DNA of 64,000 nucleotides from Nitrospirales bacterium (GTDB lineage Bacteria; Nitrospirota; Nitrospiria; Nitrospirales; UBA8639), in NCBI GenBank assembly GCA_965223295.1, contig CBDCWC010000003.1, forward strand, positions 1,184,001 through 1,248,000, in the 5' to 3' direction. A program made the position numbers and the translations under genes. The notes beneath the pieces were generated by a model. That model was not told the origin of the DNA, did not search any database, and saw only the letters and a list, made by a program, of their open reading frames with translations. Below, one piece after another: positions 14,246 to 25,837 of the stretch (within the stretch, counting starts at the first letter, position 1; each line of letters begins with the position of its first letter).

Positions 14246-16036
14246 ATGGAAAAACGCGTCGTTCTTTTCCTGGTACTGTCACTTGGGATTATCTTTGGGT
14301 ATGACCTTCTTCTAAAGGAGCTTGGGTACTCTCCGTTTTCAAACTCGCCAATTATCGACGAGGAGATCCAGCAAGACGATTTGCTCGACGATGTGGGAAA
14401 AGATCGTACGTCCTCTCTACCTGCCGATCCACATCCGGAGCATTCTTCGGACTCTTCGAATGATTCCGAGGCCGCAGCCGCGCAAAACTCTGCCATCAAT
14501 GAAGAAACCATTGTTGTAGACACGCCTCTGGTCCGAGTAGAACTTTCCAATCAAGGTGCGGTCATCACTTCTTGGGAACTAAAGAAATTCCTCACGCAAA
14601 CAGAAGACAATATTCCGGTTGAATTGGTCTATCCAAATGGACAATATCCAGGGCCGTTGACTCTGAGGTCTGAGGGTCATGAGGAGCTGTCATCCACGCT
14701 TCTGCACAATCCTTATCGTGTGGAGAAAGACTTTACTGAATTAGATGAGAATCACCCGACTGGAAAAGTCATATTTACCTATAGGTCGGATGATTCCGAT
14801 GTGTGGGTGGAAAAAGTGCTGGTGTTCCATTACGACTCATATGTGGTGGATATCGACATCCGAACGCGTGGAATTTCTGAAAAGTTGGATTTAGTCTTAG
14901 GGACGAACTTCGGGTTGGTGGAATGGGGCCAAGGATTTATTGGGCTCTTAGGTTCGGCATGGATGATTGGGGAAGAACTAATTAAAGAATCCCCTAATGC
15001 AGAAAATCCCACCCTTCGCCGGGAGGGTCCGGTGAAATGGTTGGCCCTCCAAGATAAATATTTCACTAGTGTCTTCATTCCAGAAGATGCGACGGGTCTT
15101 GTCGCCAAACTTGAAAATGAAGGCGTTGTATCTGCTGCCCTCAATTTACCAGTAGGATCGGATGGAGTGGTTCATAAAGCCCGCTTATATGCAGGACCCA
15201 AACAGTTCGATGTACTGAAAGCGTTTGAAATCGGACTGGAAGATACGATTGATTTCGGGTGGTTTATTTATGACAGCTTTGCGCCGGTCAAGTTTGTCGC
15301 GAAGCCACTGTTTTCGATTCTGTTGTCTATCAATGAGTATACCCACAACTTTGGGTGGGCCATTATTATCGTGACCTTTGGCATCAAGTTATTGTTCGTG
15401 CCCTTGCAATATAAAAGCTACAAATCTATGCAGGGGATGAAAGATATTCAACCCAAAGTCGTCAAACTCCAAGAAAAATTTAAAGATGACAAGCAAAAGC
15501 TCAATACGGAGTTAATGAAACTATACAAGGAGCATAAGGTCAATCCTGTCGGCGGATGTCTACCTATGTTTCTTCAGATGCCGGTCTTCATTGCCTTATT
15601 TAACATTCTGTATATGACGATTGATTTGCGACAGGCCCCATTTATGCTTTGGATTCGTGACCTGTCCGTTCAAGATCCGTTTTATGTTTTGCCCGTGCTC
15701 ATGGGTGCATCCATGTTTGTGCAACAAAAGATTATGCCGACGACGGCTGATCCCAATATGGCTAAAATGATGCTAATTCTGCCGATTGGCCTGACGTTTT
15801 TGTTTGTGACGTTCCCTGCCGGTCTCGTATTATATTGGGTGACGAATAATGTTTTGACGATAGCCCAGCAATTTGTGACAGATCGTTATGTCCTCCCAAC
15901 CAAAAAACCAGGGCCGACAGAAATTGCGAAGACTGATCCCCCATCATCTGGTCCGGAAAAATCTACCAAGCCGGGAAAAAAGAAGCCTTCTTCTCCTCAA
16001 GCCGGTAAGCAAACTGGCAAATCCAAAAAATCCTAG
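14246..16036 (+). CDS. yidC: Membrane protein insertase YidC
   Basis: LYAGPK, NPVGGCLPMFLQMP, GLVLYW. Confidence 0.97.
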   Translation: MEKRVVLFLVLSLGIIFGYDLLLKELGYSPFSNSPIIDEEIQQDDLLDDVGKDRTSSLPADPHPEHSSDSSNDSEAAAAQNSAINEETIVVDTPLVRVELSNQGAVITSWELKKFLTQTEDNIPVELVYPNGQYPGPLTLRSEGHEELSSTLLHNPYRVEKDFTELDENHPTGKVIFTYRSDDSDVWVEKVLVFHYDSYVVDIDIRTRGISEKLDLVLGTNFGLVEWGQGFIGLLGSAWMIGEELIKESPNAENPTLRREGPVKWLALQDKYFTSVFIPEDATGLVAKLENEGVVSAALNLPVGSDGVVHKARLYAGPKQFDVLKAFEIGLEDTIDFGWFIYDSFAPVKFVAKPLFSILLSINEYTHNFGWAIIIVTFGIKLLFVPLQYKSYKSMQGMKDIQPKVVKLQEKFKDDKQKLNTELMKLYKEHKVNPVGGCLPMFLQMPVFIALFNILYMTIDLRQAPFMLWIRDLSVQDPFYVLPVLMGASMFVQQKIMPTTADPNMAKMMLILPIGLTFLFVTFPAGLVLYWVTNNVLTIAQQFVTDRYVLPTKKPGPTEIAKTDPPSSGPEKSTKPGKKKPSSPQAGKQTGKSKKS

Positions 16037-16054
16037 CGACAGGGACCATGGAAC

Positions 16055-17497
16055 ATGGGTGCCTTAGACGACACGATATGCGCTGTCGCCACTCCTGCCG
16101 GTGAAGGCGGCGTGGGTATTGTACGGGTCAGCGGCTCGCAGGCGCTCTCTATGGCCTCCCAGGTTGTTAAGCTCCAATCCCCAAAATCTCTTGTGGACGT
16201 ACCATCCCATAAAATGGTTGTGGGGAAATTTCTTTGGGGTCATTTTCACTCAGGTGACCAGGATAGTCAGGCTTCAGCTCCAGTTTTGGATGAAGTGCTG
16301 GTCGTCGCGATGCGCGCGCCACGGTCTTATACAGGAGAGGATGTTGTGGAAATCCATGGCCATGGCGGACCCCTCATCGTCCAAACCATTTGTGAAGCGC
16401 TCACAGATGCCGGTGCCCGTGTGGCTGAGCCTGGTGAATTTACCAAGCGTGCGTTTCTAAACGGGCGCCTGGACCTGACGCAAGCCGAAGCCGTGTTAGA
16501 TACGATTCAAGCCAACTCTATTCACAGTTTGAAGTTAGCGCAAGAACATCTTCAGGGTGGATTGTCAGGAGTCATCGAGGGTCATCGAGATGCATTGGTC
16601 AAACTTCTGGCCCATGTGGAGGCTGAGATGGATTTTGGTGAAGAAGATATTCAATTCATTAATCAGGATGAGCTCAAAGAGAAACTTCAGACGATGGCCG
16701 GAGCCATTAAACAATTAGTCGAGTCAGCTCAGGAAGGCCGGATTATTCGTGAAGGCATTAGAACCGTCATTCTCGGACGACCCAATGTGGGCAAGTCCAG
16801 TCTCTTGAACGCCATTCTGGGTGTTGATCGAGCCATTGTATCCCAAATTCCAGGCACCACCCGGGATGTGTTGGAAGAATCGGTGATGGTTGATGGGGTG
16901 GTGATTCGCCTATTCGACACTGCGGGCTTACGAGAAACGACCGACGAATTAGAACAGGAAGGTATGAGCCGAGCAGAAGGAGCGATACAGCAGGCAGATG
17001 TGCTGATAATGGTATTTGATCAAAGCCAGGCACTCACTGAACGAGACTTAGACTTCATGCATCTCTACAAGGAAAAACCACGTGTGCTGGTCTTAAATAA
17101 ACAGGACCTTGCCACAAGGATTTCTCTGGAAGATGTTCAGGCCATCGTTCGACCAGATGAAACACCGAATGGGCCGGCAACGGAATATCTTCAAGTTTCT
17201 GCAGTGACTGGAGAGGGTCTAGACCAGCTCAAACGAAGTCTCAAAGCGTTGGCGATAGGGAGGCAGCAGGAAGCAGGCGATTCGTTATTAGTCTCTCGGC
17301 TGAGGCATAAAGTTTTACTGGCACAGGCTGTCGAGGGTTTGCAAAATGCCCTTGCGGCGATTGATGAAACTCAATCAGCCGAATGCGTGGCGTTGGAATT
17401 ACGAGTGGCCCTGCAAGCCCTGGGGGAAATCGTCGGTGCTGTGACGAACGAAGATATCTTGGATAAAATCTTCAAAGAATTTTGTATAGGCAAGTAA
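16055..17497 (+). CDS. mnmE: tRNA modification GTPase MnmE
   Basis: GRPNVGKSS, GTTRD, DTAG, C-terminal FCIGK. Confidence 0.97.
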   Translation: MGALDDTICAVATPAGEGGVGIVRVSGSQALSMASQVVKLQSPKSLVDVPSHKMVVGKFLWGHFHSGDQDSQASAPVLDEVLVVAMRAPRSYTGEDVVEIHGHGGPLIVQTICEALTDAGARVAEPGEFTKRAFLNGRLDLTQAEAVLDTIQANSIHSLKLAQEHLQGGLSGVIEGHRDALVKLLAHVEAEMDFGEEDIQFINQDELKEKLQTMAGAIKQLVESAQEGRIIREGIRTVILGRPNVGKSSLLNAILGVDRAIVSQIPGTTRDVLEESVMVDGVVIRLFDTAGLRETTDELEQEGMSRAEGAIQQADVLIMVFDQSQALTERDLDFMHLYKEKPRVLVLNKQDLATRISLEDVQAIVRPDETPNGPATEYLQVSAVTGEGLDQLKRSLKALAIGRQQEAGDSLLVSRLRHKVLLAQAVEGLQNALAAIDETQSAECVALELRVALQALGEIVGAVTNEDILDKIFKEFCIGK

Positions 17498-18137
17498 GAG
17501 CAATAAGAATATGAGCGGCCTTTTCAGAGAAATGTCGCTCTATTCGACAGAAACTGCCCCGAGTTCATTTCGACAACCCTATTGGCCGCAGATAAGTGGA
17601 TCTTTCCTGGTAGGGTTAAACTGCTACGGGAAGCGGCGGCGGTTGTATAACTCTACAGGGCGGACTCATACCTGTCGTGCTGCAAGAACCAAAGCAAGTA
17701 CAGTTCTTTATCTTTGACGGACTGTCAAAGGTATTCGACGAAAATATTCTCGCGCGAGGCGCCGTCCCCTTTGTGCGGAGTCGAATGCCTTAGGCCTTGA
17801 GCAGGCAAAGGAAGGCAAAAATCATGTCTACCCTGATTCGTATTGTAAATTTCCGTCAAACCCTAATTACAAGAAATCGTATCTCATAGGTCCATTATTA
17901 AGGTCTAAGGCGATAGGCCTTTCGTTTTTCTGGAGGAGATACCGATAAAGAAAAACATCAATACATCTTCGGATGATGCGCGCCATCACCTAACCAATCA
18001 TGGCAATACACAAAATAAACAGTGGCAGCTTTCAGCAAAGAAAATGTAGGTGAAGGCCCATTCTTAATTCTTTGAAGAAAACAACCGAGGTGTTAAGGAT
18101 ACGTTTGCCAATATTAATGAAAAACGGAACACCCTTC

Positions 18138-20948
18138 ATGAAAAACTATCCAGAATCTTTACAAACCAGTTTGTTCGTTTTCACTCTCGTAATCTTCGTT
18201 TTCTTGGGCTCCCAATTGGTATTCGGTCAAACGTATGTGACCAGCTCCAGAAGTGAAGATGTTTCAGGTATGTATCGCCAAGCAAAAGAGTCGACGGAGA
18301 CACTTTTAGCTCGATCGAATAGCGACCGCAATGTCGGCGTAGCGAGAGCGCGAAAAGAGATGGTGAAAAAACTCATGGTCCTAGATCGGGCGAAGTTTCA
18401 AAAATTGCTGATCACCCCTCCGGAGAGAAGGGCGCTTTCGTCGGATGTTCGGGCTTACGTTGAGCGGCAAGTTCGATGTCGTGGAAAACTGATGGTTGCA
18501 AGGGGCGAACGAAGTCGGGATTCTTCGGGAGTGCTCACCGAGGCAGCAATCGAATATCAATTGCTTTCAGAAGGCGAGGCAGCGGTTTCAAGCTGTGGAA
18601 AGAAAAACCGACTTCTATTTGACCACGATCCTCATCTCTCAGCAGGAGCATCGGTGGAGGTTGTAGGTTGGAAAATCGACGACACGATCGCAGCTGCAGC
18701 ACCTGGAAATGGCGAGATTGCAACAGATCAGACCATCCGTTCAGCGAGCAGGAATTTGAATGCGATGGCCAGTGTTGTGACAGCAACTCCGCTTAGCGCA
18801 TTTTATAATACAAAGGGTGAAAGAACGGTCGCAGTATTTTTGGTGAATTTTTCAGAGGAAGTGGAGCCGTGGACCACACAAGAAGTGCACGACCGTGTCT
18901 TTACTGACGTGAATCAGTTTTTCTTGGAAAACTCATACCAACAGATGTGGCTAACTGGAGATGTCTTCGGTTGGTATACCGTCAGCGGTAATCCCAGTAG
19001 CTCGCTCACGGCGTGTAAAAGTCAGAGTATTTCGGATCAAGTGGACCAGGCTGCAGCGCAAGCGCATCAAGTCGATGTCAGTGACTATGATCATGTGATC
19101 TATGTCTTCCCTCCTGAAATTTCAGCCTGCAAGGGGAAACCTTGGGCTGATATTTCTGGATACAAGGTCTGGCTTAGTCGAGGAATTAGCGTCTTCGACA
19201 TTGCTCACGAGATGACACACAATATTGGGTCTCGACATTCGTATTCCCTTACGTGTGAGGACGATTCTACGATGCACGGTACAGGGAGCATTCTCAATAG
19301 TCACCAATGCGGTCGGAAAGAATATGGCGATATGCTTGATACGATGGGAGGAGTAGATGGGACGACCGGGCTTCCTCATTTGCAAGTGAAGTTTGGTGAA
19401 CCGCACTTCAATGCTATTCAGAAAGATCGTCTAGGCTGGTTGGGGCGAGGAGCAAGCCCTGAGATACTCCATGTCTCTACTTCGGGTGAATACACGATTG
19501 AAGCCTATGAAACACCAGGAAAAGCACCTAAAGCACTCAAGTTTCAGAGACCAGGTGAAAATTCCTATTTTTATGTAGAGCATCGAACTCAAACAGGTTT
19601 TGATACTCCAATCAATGATGATGAACACAATGGAGTGCTGCTCCATTACGCAGAAGCACGCTACGATGGCAACCATCTGATCGACTTAACCCCAAGTACA
19701 CCAACGGTGCGAGATGCCTCTCTCCTCCCGGGGTCTACGTTTTCGGATCCTCTAACGGGAACGGATATTCACCTTGTCGAATCTACGAGTGCTCAGGCGA
19801 GGATACGAGTCACGTTTAAGCCAATTATTCTCTCTCCAGCTCCCGAATCGGCCATTCCGACTTCGACGGCAACGTTTCAGTGGTCAGAAAACACGGTTTC
19901 GGGTATTCAGAAGTACTGGTTGCGAGTTGGGACGTTAGGTCCAAATAGTAAGAATCTTTATAGTGCCATGACCACAGATTTGTCTGCGACGGTCACCAAC
20001 CTTCCCATTGATGGATCAACAATCTATGTTTCACTGCTCTGGAAGGTCAACGGTTCATGGGATTACGTCAACAGGATTCAGCGCTACGTGTTCACGGCAA
20101 GTGAACCTAAGATTATTTCACCGAAGGAGGGAGACAAGCTGTTAAGCACGACGCAAACCTTTGAGTGGTTAGCTTCAAATGCCGTAGACCAGTGGAAGCT
20201 TGAAGTGGGGACATCCCAAGGCTCGCAAGATGTTTTTGATAGCGGTTCGCTCAATCCTACAAAGTTATCCCAAACGGTTTCGGGTATTCCTCTAGGTGGT
20301 CAATCTGTGTGGGTGCGGTTGAGTTGGTTGGTGGATGGGACTTGGGAGTATCGCGATAGAGAGTACCTCTCCCTGGCCAATCCAGGCATGACCGTTCCTG
20401 CTCCTGAAACAACACTTCCCGAAATGACAACCTTTAAGTGGGCAGGCAATGGTACCAATGTCCAAGAATGGTGGCTTTATGTGGGAACAAGCAAGGGGGC
20501 GAAGGATCTGTTCAACAGTGGGGCCTTGGCCAGTAATGTCTTACAGAAAACCGTCTCACAGCTGCCGACCAATGGCGCGGCTATCTGGGTCCGGCTGTGG
20601 TGGAAAGTTGGGAGTGGCTGGCAGAGTTCCGACCTTCGATATGAAGCCTCCGTCGCATTCACCCAAGCGCCTCCAGCCCTGACTCATCCGGAAGAGGGTA
20701 CACCACTTTCCGGGGCTACCGAGACCTTTAAGTGGGTAGGCAATGGTACCAACGTCCAAGAATGGTGGCTTTATGTGGGAACAAGCAAGGGGGCGAAGGA
20801 TCTGTTCAACAGTGGGGCCTTGGCCAGTAATGTCTTACAGAAAACCGTCTCACAGCTGCCGACCAATGGCGCGGCCATCTGGGTCCGGCTGTGGTGGAAG
20901 GTTGGCAGTACGTGGAACAACAAAGACTTTTCTTATGTTGCCTCCTAA
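18138..20948 (+). CDS. Secreted metzincin metalloprotease (M11/M6-like) with four C-terminal Trp-rich beta modules
   Basis: Signal peptide; HEMTHNIGSRH (HExxHxxGxxH); EYGD..DTMG Met-turn; YFYVEHR; four repeats in ~19820-20945. Confidence 0.8.
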   Translation: MKNYPESLQTSLFVFTLVIFVFLGSQLVFGQTYVTSSRSEDVSGMYRQAKESTETLLARSNSDRNVGVARARKEMVKKLMVLDRAKFQKLLITPPERRALSSDVRAYVERQVRCRGKLMVARGERSRDSSGVLTEAAIEYQLLSEGEAAVSSCGKKNRLLFDHDPHLSAGASVEVVGWKIDDTIAAAAPGNGEIATDQTIRSASRNLNAMASVVTATPLSAFYNTKGERTVAVFLVNFSEEVEPWTTQEVHDRVFTDVNQFFLENSYQQMWLTGDVFGWYTVSGNPSSSLTACKSQSISDQVDQAAAQAHQVDVSDYDHVIYVFPPEISACKGKPWADISGYKVWLSRGISVFDIAHEMTHNIGSRHSYSLTCEDDSTMHGTGSILNSHQCGRKEYGDMLDTMGGVDGTTGLPHLQVKFGEPHFNAIQKDRLGWLGRGASPEILHVSTSGEYTIEAYETPGKAPKALKFQRPGENSYFYVEHRTQTGFDTPINDDEHNGVLLHYAEARYDGNHLIDLTPSTPTVRDASLLPGSTFSDPLTGTDIHLVESTSAQARIRVTFKPIILSPAPESAIPTSTATFQWSENTVSGIQKYWLRVGTLGPNSKNLYSAMTTDLSATVTNLPIDGSTIYVSLLWKVNGSWDYVNRIQRYVFTASEPKIISPKEGDKLLSTTQTFEWLASNAVDQWKLEVGTSQGSQDVFDSGSLNPTKLSQTVSGIPLGGQSVWVRLSWLVDGTWEYRDREYLSLANPGMTVPAPETTLPEMTTFKWAGNGTNVQEWWLYVGTSKGAKDLFNSGALASNVLQKTVSQLPTNGAAIWVRLWWKVGSGWQSSDLRYEASVAFTQAPPALTHPEEGTPLSGATETFKWVGNGTNVQEWWLYVGTSKGAKDLFNSGALASNVLQKTVSQLPTNGAAIWVRLWWKVGSTWNNKDFSYVAS
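20430..20905 (+). repeat. Near-identical intragenic direct repeat, 20430-20611 vs 20724-20905 (period 294)
   Basis: 4 mismatches over ~182 nt by manual alignment. Confidence 0.92.
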
Positions 20949-21121
20949 GGGGCTTCTGCAGTCTTTTCTCCAGATTGTATGGCATCTGGGAATAGGAGAT
21001 TCAAAAGGCTTTTTGCCCGGGTGGGAAAGTATTAAAAACCCAAGACGGGTTGATTTACAGACTCTCCCGGCTGTACTCAAGGTAGACGGACATAGGTATG
21101 TGGTTCACTGTACAGCATCCA

Positions 21122-22085
21122 TTATCGTTGAGAGTTCTCCTTTATGTGTATGGGAAGTCTCCCCCTAACTAGGTGCACCAAATATGGCGTGGTTGCCTGA
21201 AAGATGTGTTTAGAACTTTCAGGGGTCCTTCCTTCTAGAATATCAAACCAAGTTCCATGATTATGGTTTACATTTGCTCCATGTTGGATCAGGATTTTTG
21301 CCACCTCGAGCGTGTTTCTTTTTGAACGAAAAGAGACGAATAATGGCGTTCCCCACGTTTTGCCCTTTCGGTTGCTCCAATATTCAAAATTGACGTCAGC
21401 TCCGTTTTCAAGCAAACCACTGACGACATTTGGCAATCCTTCATGTACTGCATGGTACAACAACATATTCCGTTCATTTGTGGTCGAGAATGGAACATGA
21501 CGGAATTCTTTGTGGGGCTCCGAAATGAAAGGGAATAGGATGATTGCAAGGATGATGGTTAGGGGGAAGGTTAGAGTATACAAGATGTATCCGGGAACCG
21601 TTTGAAAATTGGAGGCAAACGATTTATGCATGAAAAATGAGACGAAGGCGTAGACAGGGGTCCAGAAGAAGAGAAGGGCAAGTAGAAATGATAAAAGATA
21701 GGCGCTAGATAAAAACACTTTGAAGGAAAAAAGCGCTATCCATAGAGAGTAGTTACTGAGCGAGTCGATGAGAGAAATTAAAGTTGCTTCTCGTGCTACT
21801 TGGGCAAAACTATTAAGGAGCGGATGTGAGGTAAAAAAACGCGAAGGTAAAAATCATAACTTCGCCAGCTAGGATACAAAAGAAGAGATTTCTGTCGAAC
21901 TGGATCTCTTTTGGTTTCTTCCAATAAGTGATAAGGAATTTGGGGATTCCGGCGATAAGTGCCATGAAAAGAGACGGTAAAATAAATAAGACAAGCAGAA
22001 ATGCGTCGTTGCTCATGAGTGTTGACTGAGGGCACCTAGTTTTTCTTGCTGAGAATATGGTGAACGGGAAAAGGTTCTTGATCAT
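21122..22085 (-). pseudogene. Membrane protein with ankyrin-like repeats, split by a frameshift
   Basis: ORFs 21813-22085 and 21122-21718 join if the A7 run at 21833-21839 loses one base; LLENGADVN and LIQHGANVN ankyrin-type motifs. Confidence 0.6.
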
Positions 22086-22351
22086 CGTGGGTATAGAATA
22101 TTCAGGTGGATATTCTCTCGTGTTTTCGGATTTTTGATTTGGGATCTTGAAACCAAAGCCAGTACGGTCAACTTCTTACCAGATAATCTGCCCAGCCTCA
22201 TGACCTCTTCTTTAGTCTTTTATTGCTCCCTTTATTCAAACTCCATATGCGAGGACAGCTATTCAGTGACTATGTTAGGCCGTTTAAAATGTGGTACTTT
22301 AACTGTTTGAAGAGATAGGTTTTCGGTGCAGGAGAAAGTAGGAAGTTTTGC

Positions 22352-24214
22352 ATGAGCAGTGAATTTCACATCGTGGTTGTCGGTGGTGGACATGCGGGTT
22401 GCGAAGCGGCTTTGGCTGCGGCGCGGATGGGTTGTCAGGTGGTCCTGTTAACTATCGACCCTCAAAAAATAGCGTCGATGCCCTGCAATCCCGCAGTAGG
22501 GGGAATTGGTAAAGGGCATTTGGTGAAAGAAATCGATGCTCTAGGCGGGGAAATGGGCGTGAACACAGATAAGGCTGGCATTCAATTCCGGATAATCAAT
22601 ACTCGAAAAGGACCAGCTGTTCGAGCGACGAGAGTGCAATGTGACAAGGATCTCTATGCGGTCAAAATGCAGGAGTCATTGACCAGACAAGAAAATTTGA
22701 CCATTGTGCCGGGCACAGTGGATCGGATTCTGACGCACAATGGGGTGGTCACTGGCGTGCGGACAAGTACTGGGGAAACCATGGCCACTCGAGCCGTCGT
22801 GCTGACATCTGGAACGTTTCTGAAAGGTCTTATGCACATCGGCCTGACGCACCTTCCCGGAGGCCGTGCGGGTGAACCCTCGGCAGAACAATTGTCAGAT
22901 TGCATGTTGGACTTTGGTTTTGAAGTTGGACGATTAAAAACGGGAACACCTCCTCGACTTGATCGTGACTCTATCAATTTTAATGTGATGGGGCGACAGC
23001 CTGGGGATTCTGCGCCTCGTCCATTTTCCTTTAAAACGGAACATATTTCCAATCCTCAAATTGATTGCCATATGACCGCGACGACTGAGCAGGCGCATGA
23101 GATTATTAGGAACAATCTGGACCGCTCACCCATGTATTGTGGAATGATCGAATCCACTGGACCACGGTACTGTCCGTCCATTGAAGACAAAGTGGTGCGA
23201 TTTGCCGATAAGGCCAGCCATCAAATTTTTATGGAACCGGAGGTGTTAGGTGGAAGGTCGTATTACCCCAATGGCATTTCCACCAGCTTGCCGATTGATG
23301 TGCAACAAGCGTTTGTTAAAGCCATACCTGGGCTGGAACATGCGGTTTTTCTGAGGCCGGGGTATGCCGTGGAATATGATTATTTCCCTCCCCACCAGCT
23401 TCATGAAACTTTAGAAACCAAACTCGTCAACGGATTGTTTCACGCTGGTCAGATCAACGGCACTTCGGGGTATGAGGAAGCCGCAGCCCAGGGGATGATG
23501 GCTGGAATCAATGCCGCCCTTCGCGCAAAAGGCGAGGCACCACTCATTTTGGATCGGTCCCAGGCCTACATGGGTGTCCTAATTGATGATCTCATTACCA
23601 AAGACGCGCGTGAGCCCTACCGCATGTTCACGTCGAGAGCGGAATATCGGTTGCTCCTTCGTGAAGATAACGCTGACTACCGGCTCAAAGATATCGGCCA
23701 TCGCTTGGGACTCATTTCTCAGGAAGAATACGACGCGTTCCAACGTAAGTGGGACACCATAGAGAAAGAGCTTCAGCGGCTAGGGAGCATCCATACCAAA
23801 ATTCCTGAGTTGGAACGCCAGACAACTATTACCTTCGATGGCCCAGCGATTAGCACATCGCTTCTGCAACTGCTTCGCAGGCCGGAACTCTCCTACGAAG
23901 ACCTGCATCCCTTTTTGGATGGGAAACAGGAAACGGATGTCGAGATTACCGAAGCCGTAGAGATTGCCGTGAAATATGAGGGCTATATCAAACGACAAGA
24001 GCAAGTGATTGAACAGTTTAAAAAATTAGAACATCGGCGAGTGCCGGAGAATTTTGATTTTCAGAGCATCCGAGGATTCTCCAACGAAGTGGCCGAAAAA
24101 CTCACGAAAGTCCGTCCTTCCTCGGTCGGGCAAGCCTCCCGAATTTCTGGCGTGACGCCAGCCGCCATTTCCCTCCTACTCGTTGCACTTGAACGCCACA
24201 AAAAAGCGAGCTAA
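22352..24214 (+). CDS. mnmG: tRNA modification enzyme MnmG (GidA)
   Basis: [37 protein letters not shown]. Confidence 0.98.
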   Translation: MSSEFHIVVVGGGHAGCEAALAAARMGCQVVLLTIDPQKIASMPCNPAVGGIGKGHLVKEIDALGGEMGVNTDKAGIQFRIINTRKGPAVRATRVQCDKDLYAVKMQESLTRQENLTIVPGTVDRILTHNGVVTGVRTSTGETMATRAVVLTSGTFLKGLMHIGLTHLPGGRAGEPSAEQLSDCMLDFGFEVGRLKTGTPPRLDRDSINFNVMGRQPGDSAPRPFSFKTEHISNPQIDCHMTATTEQAHEIIRNNLDRSPMYCGMIESTGPRYCPSIEDKVVRFADKASHQIFMEPEVLGGRSYYPNGISTSLPIDVQQAFVKAIPGLEHAVFLRPGYAVEYDYFPPHQLHETLETKLVNGLFHAGQINGTSGYEEAAAQGMMAGINAALRAKGEAPLILDRSQAYMGVLIDDLITKDAREPYRMFTSRAEYRLLLREDNADYRLKDIGHRLGLISQEEYDAFQRKWDTIEKELQRLGSIHTKIPELERQTTITFDGPAISTSLLQLLRRPELSYEDLHPFLDGKQETDVEITEAVEIAVKYEGYIKRQEQVIEQFKKLEHRRVPENFDFQSIRGFSNEVAEKLTKVRPSSVGQASRISGVTPAAISLLLVALERHKKAS

Positions 24215-24408
24215 GTATTTTCGTTTGTCGTATCGGTTTTACCTGAAAAGATGCTGTAAGCAACGCCCCACTTTCAGTTGTTGAAGACTTTCCTACTTCT
24301 CATTGTCCCTCAAGCAAATTTTCAGGAGACCAATCGTTTTCGACCATTGGTCTTATAGTTTATAACAAAATTTTCACAAGCTGTTGTCCTTACCTGAGAT
24401 TGCGGATA

Positions 24409-24945
24409 TTAGCCTTTTTGATAGACGCCTATTTGGTGACAATCGACGGGTGGAAAGTCTCTAGGAGCTGCTTTGATCCGTTGCGCGTGAGCGTCCGTCT
24501 CGGCGGTGACGCACACACGATAGAGTCCTGGGTTTTTCAGCCCTGGGCACTTTGTTTCTAATACTCCTGGGCGAATTTGCTTGGTTGACTGGTTCAAGAA
24601 ATTAAATGGACAGAAGGCGTCAGCTACACGATCTTTAGGTAATCCATTTCCATTGATCTCCTGAAAGTAGGCATGGATATGACCTTGCAGGTCTATCTGC
24701 CCAATGGTGGCATATTCTTTTTGGGGATCAGTTGCACAATCTGGACAATAGCGAAATTCTCTTGAAAAGCGAACGCGAACGGTAATTTCCTTTCCTGTTG
24801 GGATTGAGTGTTGTGGGGACAGCAATCTGACCTGAGGTGTTATAGAATCGATTTCACCACCTGAGAAAGACTCTGCAGCTGAGACAGATAAGGCAATGGC
24901 AGTAGTAAGCAATGACGACGTGAACGCGATAAATGTTTTATTCAT
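24409..24945 (-). CDS. Secreted hypothetical protein with CxxC and HxH motifs
   Basis: Signal peptide (VSA-AE), CPDC, GHIH, YRVC; RBS AGAGGA. Confidence 0.7.
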   Translation of the reverse strand: MNKTFIAFTSSLLTTAIALSVSAAESFSGGEIDSITPQVRLLSPQHSIPTGKEITVRVRFSREFRYCPDCATDPQKEYATIGQIDLQGHIHAYFQEINGNGLPKDRVADAFCPFNFLNQSTKQIRPGVLETKCPGLKNPGLYRVCVTAETDAHAQRIKAAPRDFPPVDCHQIGVYQKG

Positions 24946-25837
24946 GCAGGTCCTCTCTAAAAAGAAAAAATTTTAAAAAAATGATAATGACCTCAAGATG
25001 CACAGGTACCTTCTAATAAATAGTACATTTAACAGAGCACATATTTAGGTGTGTGAGGAAAAAATTGATTGTAGTCGTTTAGCCGGAATTATCTAGCTAG
25101 TGAACCAAAATCCCTTTACCCTAATCAGTTCATGCAATCTTGGGACCGAAAAAATCGGCTGAATACTGGATTCTGGAAGAGACAAGGAAAAGGAAAAAGA
25201 AAATAAATATTAACCATATAAATAGTAGTAGGGCGAACTATTTAAACTCAGGATTCATATAGGATTCTGAGCGTTGGCAAATGAGTGAAAATGTTTTGGT
25301 GAAGAGTGCTGGTCATTCTATGGATGAATTGAGAGTCAGCTATAATACTTAAACACTGTATCCGAATGAATACGCCCACCTATAATATTTGCGATATGAG
25401 TATGAGAATTCACAAGTGTTTAGCACAGTTAGATTGACTCAGAACATTGTTGAAAGTGACGATTGAAGTATGGTTTAACCCTTCGAAGGCGTAGAGAAAC
25501 TTGAAAAAGTGCGTCCCTCCTCCTTGTCGCCCTTGAACGCCACAAAAAGGCCAGTTAAAAATTCCTCTCCTTTTTGTAAGGCACTGTCGAGGCTGAGAAG
25601 ATACTGCCAGCAAACGTGAGGTGGAGTCTTTGCGCTGCAAGAAATCTTGAGCGGGTATGTAGTGAAGACTGTAGGGACGTCATTTTTCTTACTGTTCTGG
25701 TCGTTATTGCATTCTGAGGTGATATCTGGTCGTTCAAGGAAAGGTACATATGAATTAAATGCAACATGCTGCTCCTTTCTTATACGGCCAACCTTTTCTC
25801 TACAAAATCCTAGGCCCTCTTTATAGATGTGGCCTTT

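Noticed and set aside
17712-17730. CTTTGAC-GGACT-GTCAAAG palindrome as an FNR/CRP site
   Set aside because: Half-site spacing is N5 rather than N4; single occurrence with no supporting context
20430-20948. Diversity-generating retroelement (TR/VR pair) at the protease 3' end
   Set aside because: Mismatches are not adenine-specific, both copies are in-frame coding domains, and no reverse transcriptase is in the window
24950-25830. Short ORFs or an RNA gene in the AT-rich gap
   Set aside because: No motif, convincing RBS-ORF pair or stable repeated structure that I could support
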